DNA of 62,929 bases, filler included, from Alcyonidium flabelliforme (GCA_026167845.1; 25 parts of 25 records of this genome joined end to end with filler, not necessarily neighbours in it); one strand, 5' to 3'; shown: positions 24,553 through 34,697, counted from the first letter of the whole stretch. The notes: generated from the letters alone by a model not told the origin. Program-made: numbers and translations.

Positions 24553-25156
24553 CCTTGCCAAGCGATGCAAACATCTCTTTAGGCTTGCGGTCTGACCATA
24601 GGTATTTAAGTGCCTTTTTCTGACCACCTAAAAGCTGATCCAAATTGTCACCGTGATGATGGGGGTTTGTGAGAGTGAGAAGGTACACAGCGCCTTCCTG
24701 CTCGCGCCATGCAATCATGGCTTTTCTTAATTCTTGGCGTCTGCCCTCGCTTATCTGACCTGCACACACAGGGCACACCCATACACTGCCACAACGCTGC
24801 ACGTTGCTGTAATGGGCTTTTTGCCTACTTTCGTTATAACGTACCGTTACGCACTCATCAGCCGTTACACGGTGACGAAGACAGAAGCGCACGCGCTCAT
24901 TTGGCAGCAGTTTCACTGCTTGATTTTGCAAAGCATATTTTTCACTGCGTCGCAGTGCATTCTCTCGCAACCCTTTAAAATCAGGGTTGGACGCATATTT
25001 CGTAATAGTACCAAGGGCACTATCGCAAATGGCGTGTGCGTTGGCGGTCGGGGGAGCGCAAGCCACCACGCAATTTGCTTTAAAAGCTAAAGGATTTTTG
25101 ACGGCAATACCGCTAGAAAGGGGGTATAAAGGGGGTGTAAGGGGGGTATGATTCAT
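24553..25156 (-). CDS. rep: Rep_1 initiator, N-terminal half (continues at 26879)
   Basis: CGSVWVCPVC zinc motif and LLTLT motif I. Confidence 0.88.
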
Positions 25157-25169
25157 GTTATAATAGCCT

Positions 25170-25221
25170 TGTCATTTAATGATAAAGCCCCGTAGGATGC
25201 CAGTCCTAAGCGGGGCTTTTT
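25170..25221 (+). ncRNA. Putative countertranscript RNA antisense to the rep leader
   Basis: Extended -10 TGtTATAAT at 25156-25164; AAGCCCCG...CGGGGCTTTTT terminator at 25184-25221. Confidence 0.5.
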
Positions 25222-25226
25222 ATTGT

Positions 25227-25529
25227 CTACGCTTTAGCAAACGAGGATGTTAGCTGTGGCTTAGAACCTTTTTTGATGAAGTAAATAATATTGCCTTTAG
25301 CTGGAGCATAAACGCCAATATCAACAGTGACGTTTTTGCCTTTGTGTGGCGTCCAGTCAATCAGGTTATCAACCTTCAAATCAACCAAATCATTCTTTGT
25401 GTCGCCATTGGGCAGCTCGAAAGAGCCTAGCAGCTGCACTTTGTGCCGCGCATCATAGGCTTTGCCTTCTTTATCCTGTCCGCCTTCCTGCGTGAAGGTA
25501 TTAACAACCATGCCTGTAATTTGTAGCAT
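25227..25529 (-). CDS. Small beta-rich protein, putative ssDNA-binding (OB-fold)
   Basis: 100 aa; TAATG coupling to the upstream gene; function inferred from context. Confidence 0.65.
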   Translation of the reverse strand: MLQITGMVVNTFTQEGGQDKEGKAYDARHKVQLLGSFELPNGDTKNDLVDLKVDNLIDWTPHKGKNVTVDIGVYAPAKGNIIYFIKKGSKPQLTSSFAKA

Positions 25530-25852
25530 TATTTGCTCTCCATTGCTTTTGCAAACATTTCTTGTTCAATGACACTAGAAGCATCAATCAAGGTCTTGAT
25601 TTCTTCATCACTCATATTTGCAATAAGAGTGCCTAAAGCGACCTGAACAAGCTCATTAACTACGATATTAAGACTATTGCCTGATAAATCCGCTATAGCC
25701 TTAATTTTTGGATAAGTAGTTGTGCCGAAACGTATACTACAAGCCTTCTCTATGCCCATAGCGTCCATGTCACACTTGCCGTTTACAGACGCAATTAGAT
25801 TGTGCAAACTTCTTTCATGTGGCGGTAACGAGTTATAATCAAAAGATTCCAT
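25529..25852 (-). CDS. Putative ribbon-helix-helix/CopG-like regulator
   Basis: CSIRF..TTYPKIKAIADLSGNSLNIVVNELV pattern; AGGA RBS. Confidence 0.65.
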   Translation of the reverse strand: MESFDYNSLPPHERSLHNLIASVNGKCDMDAMGIEKACSIRFGTTTYPKIKAIADLSGNSLNIVVNELVQVALGTLIANMSDEEIKTLIDASSVIEQEMFAKAMESK

Positions 25853-25943
25853 GTTTTATTCCTGTTTTACTGTTTAATTTATAACTAAAATACATTGTAA
25901 CTTATGTAATGTCAATAGGATTCTAGAGTATTGATAAATCATC

Positions 25944-26102
25944 TAATGCCTTAACGCTTGCCCTTGGCAAAGTGCCGCCAAGTGCGCTACAGGCTGCACT
26001 TCAAGAACTATGACATACGATAGACAAAAGACGTTAACAGGAGGGCAGAGGGTTAAATGCTAATAGCTAAGACAATACACCGCCAGAGCCATTGAGAAAT
26101 TA
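25944..26102 (-). promoter_or_regulatory. Conserved structured cis element (candidate single-strand origin or packaging signal)
   Basis: Homologous block by block to 61144-61306. Confidence 0.6.
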
Positions 26103-26193
26103 ACGCAGTTTCTACCCGAAGGGAGAAACGTCTAAGCGTGCCTTGTGGTATACATAGGTATACCTTTTAGGTACTTGGGTATAAGAAAGTATA

Positions 26194-26956
26194 CTAGGAG
26201 AGTACTTGCGACCTCACATGGTGTAGGTCGGCATCTGCCATAAGCTCATTGGGGTTTTCTATTGTGTGTCTAATTGCTAAATCAATAATCATGTCATGTG
26301 CTCGGTTGTCACCGTCCAGCATGTCCATTTCTACAGCTTTCAAGAAATCAGCACGAGCATTAAAACGCTTAATCAAACGCCAAAATTCAAGAGCTAACTG
26401 ACGGACTTCTACACTGTCCTTTTCTGTTTCGGTTGCCAGTGCTTCGTCTGTCGTTTCTTCTACCAATAGCAACGCTTTTAGACCATTTGACCAGTTAAGC
26501 TGTCGCTTGCCTTTGAAAGATACGGCATATTGTTGGAATAGATAGCCTGAACGCTCACAGCCTTCTTCTGACTGTCTTAGCAAGTCCCAAGGTGTGGCAC
26601 TACCTTCACGCCCTTTTTTGGTGTGTCCTTTCGTCATTTCATCTTCTAAGCCCCACTTACTGACATACTTATCTGCATATTTTCCGTCTTGTAAGTCGCA
26701 ACCATGTTCGATACTAGGTACTTTTAGCCCTGCCTTTTTACAGCAATGCTGCCATTGGAGAGCTATGAACGTCTGCAAAGCCTTGTGATTGATAGCACCT
26801 TTGAAAAACATCAAAATATGGTAATGGGGGTGCCAACCGTTTACGCCATGCGTAACCTCGCTTGCTGTGATGTGACCAACCTTGCCAAGCGATGCAAACA
26901 TCTCTTTAGGCTTGCGGTCTGACCATAGGTATTTAAGTGCCTTTTTCTGACCACCT
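26194..26956 (-). CDS. rep: Rep_1 initiator, C-terminal half (joined protein up to about 429 aa)
   Basis: WHPHYH HUH motif and YVSK catalytic tyrosine. Confidence 0.88.
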
Positions 26957-27056
26957 NNNNNNNNNNNNNNNNNNNNNNNNNNNNNNNNNNNNNNNNNNNN
27001 TTAATTAATTAANNNNNNNNNNNNNNNNNNNNNNNNNNNNNNNNNNNNNNNNNNNN

Positions 27057-28418
27057 AACAGGACATCTCACTCCGACCCGTTGCCTCAAGTATTGGGAGT
27101 GTTAGTTATGCGACAGCCAAATATTTGGCTGGCATACTGGGTCCTATGGTAGGACATACCCCCCATCACATTAAGAACACTGAAGACTTTGTAAATAAAA
27201 TCAGAGGATTGGAAGTGCGCCCTGGTATAACTATTGTGTCTTTTGATGTCAGTGCTTTTTTTTATACCTGTGGATGAAGCCATACGTGTCATTGATCTAA
27301 AATTGGAACAGGACCAATCATGGACTTCGGTCACCACTCTTGACAAAGATCAGATTCTTGAATTACTCAAGTTCTGTTTGAATACAACATACTTTGTGTA
27401 CAAAAACGTGTATTACAAACAACAACATGGTGCTGCAATGGGCTCTCCCATCAGTCCCATTGTAGCGAATTTCTACATGGAGAACTTTGAAGAGAAGGCC
27501 ATTGCCACAGCTATTAATCCACCATTGATATGGTATAGATATGTCGACGATACCTTTGTCAAGATCCATGAATATTACGTCGAGGACTTTTTGAATCACA
27601 TCAACAACATCGACCCTAGTATCAAATTCACTATAGAACATCCCAAGGACGGTCGTCTCCCGTTCCTGGACACATGTATTAACATCAGTGATGACGGTAG
27701 CACTACTGTAACTATGTATAGAAAACAAACGCACACAGATCAATATTTGAACTTCAATTCTAACCACCATCTACAACACAAACGATCTGTGGTTAGAACA
27801 TTATTACACCGAGCTGAGAAATTAGTCACCGAGGAGGAAGATAAACAACTAGAATTGGCACACGTCAGGGACTCCCTTAGGGACAATGAATATAAAGACT
27901 GGATGTTTAGGATTCCCCCTGTCAGGAATCCCAATGCCAACCAAGACCATACTGTGAGTGTCTCTCTACCATATGTTAGGGGACTATCTGAAAAACTCAC
28001 GAAGATTTTCAGAACTCATGGAGTTGGCATATATCATAAACCGGGTAACACTCTGAGACAGTTATTAGTTCACCCTAAGGACAAGACTGAGGATATTAAA
28101 AAGTGTGGTGTAATATATAAAATTGAATGTCCGGAATGCAAAGACGTTTACATCGGTGAAACTGCACGTAATCTAGGCACCAGAATCAAAGAACATCAAA
28201 AGAAAAACATTCCCAATCCTACAGCAGTTGCAGATCATTGTGCTACAACTTTACATAACATCAGTTCAGACAATGTCAGTGTTATTGCTAAGGAGGACAA
28301 ATTCTGGAGCAGGAAAATACGAGAGGCAGTTGAAATTCTGTGGGAAGATCCCAACCTAAACAGAGATCATGGTTACGAACTTCCCGCCATCTACAAACAG
28401 CTGACTCCACGTCAGTAG
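27057..28418 (+). mobile_element. Penelope-like retroelement ORF (RT plus GIY-YIG), frameshifted at the poly-T at 27256-27263
   Basis: SFDV in one frame; AMGSP, RYVDD, LPFLD and VIY...YIGET in the next. Confidence 0.88.
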
Positions 28419-28475
28419 CACGCTAGGTGTCACACCTAGTCACGTGGGCTGATGACGTCACACAAACATCAGTAC

Positions 28476-28514
28476 GAACCGACGAAGTGACCGCGATGGT
28501 CACGAAAGCTCTTC
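28476..28514 (+). ncRNA. Minimal type I hammerhead ribozyme variant in the Penelope pLTR
   Basis: GAA-CCGACGA-A-GTGACC-gcgat-GGTCAC-GAAA-GC-TC-TTC. Confidence 0.65.
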
Positions 28515-29555
28515 ATGCTCAACAAAACTGGACTCTGACAAGGTAACTACCTTTGATATTCAACTTAAAGAGACACACAGCGATGGGTATCACAGCAAAT
28601 ACCACCCACTTACAAACGCCAAATACAGCTTTTCGCTGCACTAAAGTTGCCTTTTTATGATCGCAAATCGCTCAGAACATGTCCGAGTCTCAACGCTGAT
28701 AACTACAGCGCACAAGATTACCTAGTTTAAAAGCTCAAAGTGATGGGTACCACCCTTGATTTCTGTTATTGTTCGATCGAACGGCCAATCGCCATTTCCG
28801 TGATGCGTGATTTACAAATCTTGCGTATCGGAGATTCGCATTATGTGACACAGTTCACCAACATCGCTTCATGTATTAAGCGTGTAAGGTCGCGTGCGAT
28901 GTTAGAACTCGGTCGAACCAAGTAAGACTGTAAGACCGTCTTTAGGTATGGCAGGATTTCTAGATAGGGTATAACGTTTAAAACTGCAGCGGAGTATCAT
29001 TAAGAATATTTTGCACTAACACAGATTGCACGCTTTATATAAGCGAAGGGTGTGGAAATACCCCACTCTTTTCATCTGGCAACGATACAAAAGGTAATCG
29101 GTGTCATCAAGACAGTCGGCGAGTTGTAAGGTTTTTGCCCCATTCAGACAAATTCGGCGAGTGATAATTGAGCGTTATATGCCCGGTTATATGTTTACTG
29201 ACTTAATGACCCTCAATAAATGTGTGACTTCTATTGTATGCGAAACACTTATTCTAATTGAATAACATAAACACAATAGGGTAATTACAAATGGTTTGGA
29301 GAGTTATTTACACCTGTCTGGATTCTCTGAGCGAAGTGAGGTTTTTGATTTGTAAAATGTGTTAATGGGTAAATTTCCTCATGATAGTCCTACGGTGTCG
29401 TTGTATCGCAATCGTAGGACCAACATGTCGTAGGACCATGGTGTCGTTTTATCGTNNNNNNNNNNNNNNNNNNNNNNNNNNNNNNNNNNNNNNNNNNNNT
29501 TAATTAATTAANNNNNNNNNNNNNNNNNNNNNNNNNNNNNNNNNNNNNNNNNNNN

Positions 29556-31313
29556 ATTACGAGATAAACACATAACCGTTATGGACACACCGAGACACTT
29601 TTCCAATGAGAGTAGGTCTTTTTGGTCAACACCTTGAAATGAATCTTCTTCCTCATCGCTTCCTATGTATCGAAGGTATCGCTCAAAAAGTTCATGTGTC
29701 TTTGTTTCTAAAACTCGCAATTGTTTTTTGCTGCATGTGCACTCTTTGTTCTTTTTACATTGACACTTTAAACGAGATGCGAGACATCTAAAAAAACACA
29801 GTTTGTCTGTGTATGGTTTTCCCGTTTTCCTTTTTATAGTCATAGACACAATATGTCTGTTGTTTTTAATGTGAGGTGGTAAAGTGATACCTTTTGATGT
29901 TTCTCCATTATCTGTAGCGGTACCGACTTTCCCCATACCCAACAATTTATATACATAAAACGAGACGTTTGTTACACTTTCTAGAGCCCATGCTGTGCTT
30001 GGTCTACGAAGACTCGCCCTCTCGCGAAGGTCCAGCGCTGCAAAATATGTATAAAAATCTTTTAGTCGTTGCTCAGACGGTATCAGGATGGGGTGTGGAA
30101 ACTCTGTTGCATTGTTTGGGGAAGCGTGGAAATACCTTATTTCATCCGTAGTCTTGTGATTTAGCAGTGCTCCCACACTACAGTTTATCTTTATTCTACA
30201 TTCTAGTTCTCTCCAGAGCGTTAGTAACAATTCCCAAACACCAACATCATAGCCTTCTCCCGTTCCAGCTTCGTTTACATTTCCATCCCACACTCGAACG
30301 TTCAAAACATCGACAACAGTTCGGCGACTTAGCTTTGTTTTTATCGCTCCCCAGTATTCACGAACGACTTTGTCTATTCTCTCGTTACCGGTAACAACAG
30401 GATCCAAGGTTCTATCTATAAAGGGTAGAAGACGTTTCTTTTTTCTCTCCACTTCATCATTACCTATGTCAGTGTCTGACGTTCGTTTTCTGTTTGATAC
30501 GGTGCTAGCACTCGATGCGGTGTGATTGTGAGACAGAGCATGTTTTTTTGTGTCAAACGTTTCATCACACATCTCACAGTAGAGGTGAGCGGTTATTTTA
30601 TGTCTGCGGAGATGACCACCTCCTTTTACAAAAGTTTTATCGCACAGTGTGCAAGGTTGTCTGTTTGACAATGAGCTATCTTGTGTCGACTCAGCAATAC
30701 TGTGCTTTGTTGTCACATGTCTCTTCAGGTTGTCCGCTCTATCAAACACCCTATCACACACTTTACACTTAAAGACAGACTGATGAATTGAGTCCAGCTC
30801 ATGCTCTCTCAACGACTCTACGGTAGAAAAACTAGTCAGACATACGGGACATGTAAGGTCTTTGTTCTTGTTACTATCACCACTGAGACCTATTGCCTCT
30901 TCATCTGTGTGAAGCTTGTTTATGTGTCTCCGAAAATTCTGTTGTTTTAGAAACGTTTTTCCACACAAGACACACTCATAAGGTCGTTCACTGCTTCCAT
31001 TGACATTGCTAGTTGTAGGAGTAGTATTGTCATCTGACTAAACAAATTAAATAACAAATGCATGTCAAATATTGATTACATAAGAAGAAAAAAAACCAGC
31101 AATTGTACATCTCGTTAAGTGTCCACTATTCAATACTATAGCTTTAAGTTAAAGACCAAGAAAATTATGAAAACAATGATGGGTATCATTCTGAACGTCT
31201 AACGTCGTCACCTTTAAATCAATACTGACAAACATAGTTTTTGGTATGATTATGATATTTAACGATAATTAACATAACACATGTACTATTTGTGATTTAG
31301 TTACCTCATCCAT
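29556..31313 (-). CDS. Spliced multi-C2H2 zinc-finger protein fused to a Polinton/adintovirus PolB-like N-terminal region (3' truncated)
   Basis: About five C2H2 fingers, then RYFHASPNN and TGKPYTDKLCFFRCLA; mini-exon ATGGATGAG|gt at 31305-31313; acceptor before 31037. Confidence 0.6.
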
Positions 31314-31664
31314 CTGAATGTGTTTGTGTCCTCTTTTAGTTCATAACAATAGATATCAACAAAGAGAAAGGAAATTTACCTTGTACACCAAAATACGCGT
31401 CTAAGGACACTCTATTCACATACCCCAAAGAAATGTCGATTTTATACGTTTTCTACTCTGTGAACAAACTAATACTGTAAGGTCATTGGATAAGGATTAA
31501 AAACGATAGGATAGGGGTCAAAGGACGTCAAATCAATAAATCCGTTAAGGTTTGTTACTTATCCAACAGGGTTATGAGAATGACTGTGGACAGACTAGGG
31601 GTATAAAGCAACAAGCGTTAACGTTGAATTGATTGTATACGTGTGTTATTGGATAGGGGATAAA

Positions 31665-31946
31665 TATCAAGAGTTGCCAATAGACTTGTCCGGTTATTTT
31701 TATCATTAACATTACAATACATTACATCATCACCACATCCCTTGTGACTATTTTTATCATTAAGTGATCAAGAGTTGCCAATAGTCTTGTCCGGTTATTT
31801 TTAGGTTTTTTCTATTATTAAGCGACGTTTGTTGTAAAACGTCGGCCGACGTTCATTATTTAATATCAAGTTGTATATAAATATACAAAGTTATTTTTTG
31901 TACATTACATCATCAAATTACATCACAACCCTTGTGACTATTTTTA
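31665..31946. repeat. Interleaved short direct repeats upstream of the zinc-finger gene
   Basis: ATCAAGAGTTGCCAATAGnCTTGTCCGGTTATTTTTA twice; CCCTTGTGACTATTTTTAT twice. Confidence 0.7.
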
Positions 31947-32048
31947 TTNNNNNNNNNNNNNNNNNNNNNNNNNNNNNNNNNNNNNNNNNNNNTTAATTAA
32001 TTAANNNNNNNNNNNNNNNNNNNNNNNNNNNNNNNNNNNNNNNNNNNN

Positions 32049-32316
32049 TGTAGATAGCCTAGTGCCTGAAATTTTAGGGGGCGATTTTTCTGATAATGAG
32101 GTGAGCTTAGGGCGCATACTTGCAGGCAAGCAAGAAATGCAAATTGTGCTTAAAGTGGTGGCGGTTCGTGAAAACTTTATTTTTGACGAATTTGAAGATT
32201 TAACCGAGTTGGGGCAGGCAAGGGAAAAACAAGACTGTGATCACGATTGGGAAAACATGGGCGGTCACTTTCAATGCACTTACGCCGATTGCCAAGCGAT
32301 AAGTAAGGGGGCTTAA
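32049..32316 (+). CDS. Phage hypothetical protein, 5' truncated (C-terminal CDHDW...CxxxxC)
   Basis: ORF ends 1 nt before the next start. Confidence 0.6.
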
Positions 32317-32317
32317 A

Positions 32318-32917
32318 ATGGAATTAATAAACGATAGCCGATTAACACCCACAATGGACGTAATGCGCAGTGGCAGCACCATGCTATTTAGAAAGGTTAA
32401 AACCCGCGAATCTATAACTAAAGCTAATGCCGATGTAGTATTAAAACACTCCACTAATAAAGCAATGTACGCCAAGCTTATTAAAAGTAGTTGGTATTGG
32501 GTAAATGGTTGTAGTCATTGCGACCCTACTCAGTCGCCGTATGTTGTATGCGATGAACATGACAAATGTATAACATGCAAGCAACCACGCAGCGCACAAA
32601 CTCAAGCTGTTTGGGGTTGCCTTAATAACGCCTGGCGTTGCGCTCCTTGCCAAACAAAGCTAGACAATGAAGAAAAACAAATCGCATTAAAGCGCGTAGC
32701 TAAAGCCGTTGAGAATAATGGCGGTTATGATAAGTGGGAGTATCGACTGCAAGATAATATAAAATGCCCTCATTGCGCCACTGAATATGAACCAGATGAT
32801 GTACCTGAAGGTGAGCAAAGCTGCGATACTTGCGGGGGTTCTTATAACGTAGAGCCTGAGCATTCTATTAGTTATACAACAACGGTTATTGGTGAAAGGC
32901 TTTTGCCTGATGAATAA
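32318..32917 (+). CDS. Phage hypothetical protein with multiple CxxC zinc-binding motifs
   Basis: CSHC, CITC, CAPC, CPHC, CDTC; AAGGGG RBS. Confidence 0.75.
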   Translation: MELINDSRLTPTMDVMRSGSTMLFRKVKTRESITKANADVVLKHSTNKAMYAKLIKSSWYWVNGCSHCDPTQSPYVVCDEHDKCITCKQPRSAQTQAVWGCLNNAWRCAPCQTKLDNEEKQIALKRVAKAVENNGGYDKWEYRLQDNIKCPHCATEYEPDDVPEGEQSCDTCGGSYNVEPEHSISYTTTVIGERLLPDE

Positions 32918-33063
32918 TTCACATGTTATAAAATGGTGCCGTTATAATTGTTGGCGGGCCATGCAAGCAAACCGCCAATTAGGCCAATTGCATTGGGCCA
33001 CTCAAGAACGGATAGAGCGCAAAAACAATAATAAATAGGTAATGAGTGATTTATTACAGGCAC

Positions 33064-33127
33064 AAAAAAACCCGATTGGAAGTCGGGTTTTTTTGTTTTT
33101 ACACATAAGCGCACAAATCTTAGACGC
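33064..33127 (-). ncRNA. Putative antitoxin sRNA, about 63 nt
   Basis: TTGACG-17-TATATT promoter; intrinsic terminator at 33064-33094; 5' 20 nt complementary to 33340-33359. Confidence 0.72.
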
Positions 33128-33131
33128 TCCG

Positions 33132-33160
33132 AATATAACGCTTATTGACGGCTTCGTCAA
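33132..33160 (-). promoter_or_regulatory. Near-consensus sigma70 promoter of the sRNA
   Basis: -35 TTGACG (33155-33160), 17-nt spacer, -10 TATATT (33132-33137). Confidence 0.75.
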
Positions 33161-33437
33161 TGTACTGCGCAACAATATAAAGTTTGTAATTGGGTTGTTT
33201 ATTGGTTATAAAGTGAGGGTCTAAGGCGCTTGCTACGTTGCGTTTGAAGTGTTTAACACTTGAATAGAGAGTGAAATGCTCAGCAAATTTAATAGCTTGG
33301 TTGTTGGTGTGGAAACTAACGGCGCGCCCAACTGGGTGCAAGCGCGCAAATCTTAGACGATTGGCAGTGAAGGTGATCAGGTTTACCTATGGCGCATCCC
33401 TTTTGCTTGTTACCCCTATTCCAAAAGGGGGCACGTG

Positions 33438-33530
33438 ATGTTAGAGCTATGTATTTTAGTTGTAACCTTGCTTGTATCGGTAGTGCGGTTAATCGCACTG
33501 CTTTTGCAGTTCAAACGCAAAGGCAAGTAA
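33438..33530 (+). CDS. 30-aa hydrophobic peptide MLELCILVVTLLVSVVRLIALLLQFKRKGK, putative DinQ-like type I toxin
   Basis: AAGGGGG SD paired with upstream CCCTTTTG; single TM helix with a basic tail; own terminator. Confidence 0.75.
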   Translation: MLELCILVVTLLVSVVRLIALLLQFKRKGK

Positions 33531-33545
33531 GTATCTACGTTAAAT

Positions 33546-33575
33546 AAGGGGTCGCTAATGCGACCCCTTTTTTTT
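33546..33575 (+). terminator. Intrinsic terminator after the small peptide gene
   Basis: AAGGGGTCGC-TAAT-GCGACCCCTT plus T run. Confidence 0.85.
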
Positions 33576-33963
33576 ATGCGTAATGATTAAGCCCTTTTTG
33601 CAATTCGTCGCTGCATTCAGGGAATGCTTTAATATTTCGCTTTATGTCTGTTTTACTCATCCAAACCCAATAGCTTTCGCCCTCATCATCTACAATGTCA
33701 AAACGTGCGGCCTCTTTACCGCGCGCTTTACGTACTAAATTAAACTCACTAAATGTTATTTGGGTGGTTAATTTATTTTTTCGGTATAACACCCACAAAT
33801 CTTCACATCCTTTGTTAAACACTTCGACGGCTTTGGGTGTTGTTAATTTGGCGCTGAGTATTTCGCGGTGGGTTTCGGTTACGGCCACGTCGTTTAATAT
33901 TGCTATGCCGCTTACACGTTCGTACCCTTCGGCTTTCATTTTTGCGTCAATGGTTGGGTTCAT
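33574..33963 (-). CDS. Phage hypothetical protein, 129 aa
   Basis: ATGA overlap with the upstream gene; GAGG RBS. Confidence 0.7.
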   Translation of the reverse strand: MNPTIDAKMKAEGYERVSGIAILNDVAVTETHREILSAKLTTPKAVEVFNKGCEDLWVLYRKNKLTTQITFSEFNLVRKARGKEAARFDIVDDEGESYWVWMSKTDIKRNIKAFPECSDELQKGLNHYA

Positions 33964-34211
33964 GGTTTTGCCTCGCGATTAATCCAGTTATTGTAAACGC
34001 CTAAACACCACGAATACGTATAAAGCAATGTTAGTAAAAACATTCCGTATTGCTGTGATTGCAATGTTGAAAACCACCAAAAAGGCTGGCTAACTAAGCC
34101 AAATAGGCATGCAAACTTTTTTAATCTATCGTTATTTTGTTGTGATAAATAAACAGCTATACCGCCAGTTACAGCTATTAAAATTTGAGAAAGAACCTCA
34201 AACATAAACAC
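33960..34211 (-). CDS. Small phage membrane protein (about 3 TM, GLVSQPFW)
   Basis: AAGGAG RBS; hydrophobic segments. Confidence 0.7.
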   Translation of the reverse strand: MFMFEVLSQILIAVTGGIAVYLSQQNNDRLKKFACLFGLVSQPFWWFSTLQSQQYGMFLLTLLYTYSWCLGVYNNWINREAKP

Positions 34212-34214
34212 TCC

Positions 34215-34438
34215 TTAATCGTTTGTTTTAGGGCTTATGCGTTCTATGATCACGTTACCCAGTTCGCTGTTAAATTCAATATCGTTTTGTTGGTTATGAG
34301 CTAGCATGATCAGTGTGCGGGCTAATACGCCCGCCACTTTTTCTAAACCATGCGCTTTAATGTCGGCCGCTATGGCGTCAGGCAATTGCATGGTTATCCT
34401 TACTTTACTGGGCTTAGGTCGGGGCAAACTAGCGGTAT
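34215..34438 (-). CDS. Phage hypothetical protein, probably 5' truncated
   Basis: ORF in the operon, ending 3 nt before the next gene. Confidence 0.55.
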
Positions 34439-34538
34439 NNNNNNNNNNNNNNNNNNNNNNNNNNNNNNNNNNNNNNNNNNNNTTAATTAATTAANNNNNN
34501 NNNNNNNNNNNNNNNNNNNNNNNNNNNNNNNNNNNNNN

Positions 34539-34586
34539 ACACCCAGCCAACGCTAAACACAGCGCAACCACTGCCAGTCGCTTCAT
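34539..34586 (-). CDS. Lipoprotein N-terminus (MKRLAVVALCLALAGC), truncated
   Basis: Signal peptide with LAGC lipobox; AGGTG RBS. Confidence 0.6.
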
Positions 34587-34628
34587 ATCTCACCTATGAT
34601 AAATATATTATTTATCGCATCATAACCC

Positions 34629-34664
34629 AAAAAAGAGCAGTAAACAAAAATTGTCTACTGCTCT
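34629..34664 (-). terminator. Terminator after the tail tube gene
   Basis: AGAGCAGTAGAC...GTTTACTGCTCT followed by a T run. Confidence 0.7.
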
Positions 34665-34697
34665 CTGGATAATACCTAACTCATATAGCTATCAGAC

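Larger units (their letters stand above)
24553..26956. mobile_element. Complete rolling-circle plasmid, about 2327 bp (Rep_1/pC194-like)
   Basis: 24553-24629 is identical to 26880-26956; the rep ORF joins in frame across the junction. Confidence 0.9.

Noticed and set aside
25207..25225. 19-bp TAAGCGGGGCTTTTTATTG shared with 61121-61139 as a recombination site
   Set aside because: It is the 3' arm and tail of a terminator in both circles, in different orientation relative to rep.
27057..28418. Reverse transcriptases (also at 39498-41791 and 42016-43614) as retron, DGR or defence RTs linked to neighbouring phage genes
   Set aside because: They are eukaryotic Penelope and Gypsy types on separate contigs. 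No template/variable repeat pair was seen in the tail fibre contig.
33164..33182. LexA box upstream of the DinQ-like gene
   Set aside because: CTG is not followed by CAG at N10 spacing.
33107..33359. 20-bp direct repeats as a mini-CRISPR or att sites
   Set aside because: Only two copies, 233 bp apart, with no cas or integrase on the contig. The sRNA seed/target reading explains them.
33120..33498. Minus-strand ORFs of 73 and 60 aa
   Set aside because: No RBS, and they overlap the sRNA promoter and the toxin gene; probably spurious.
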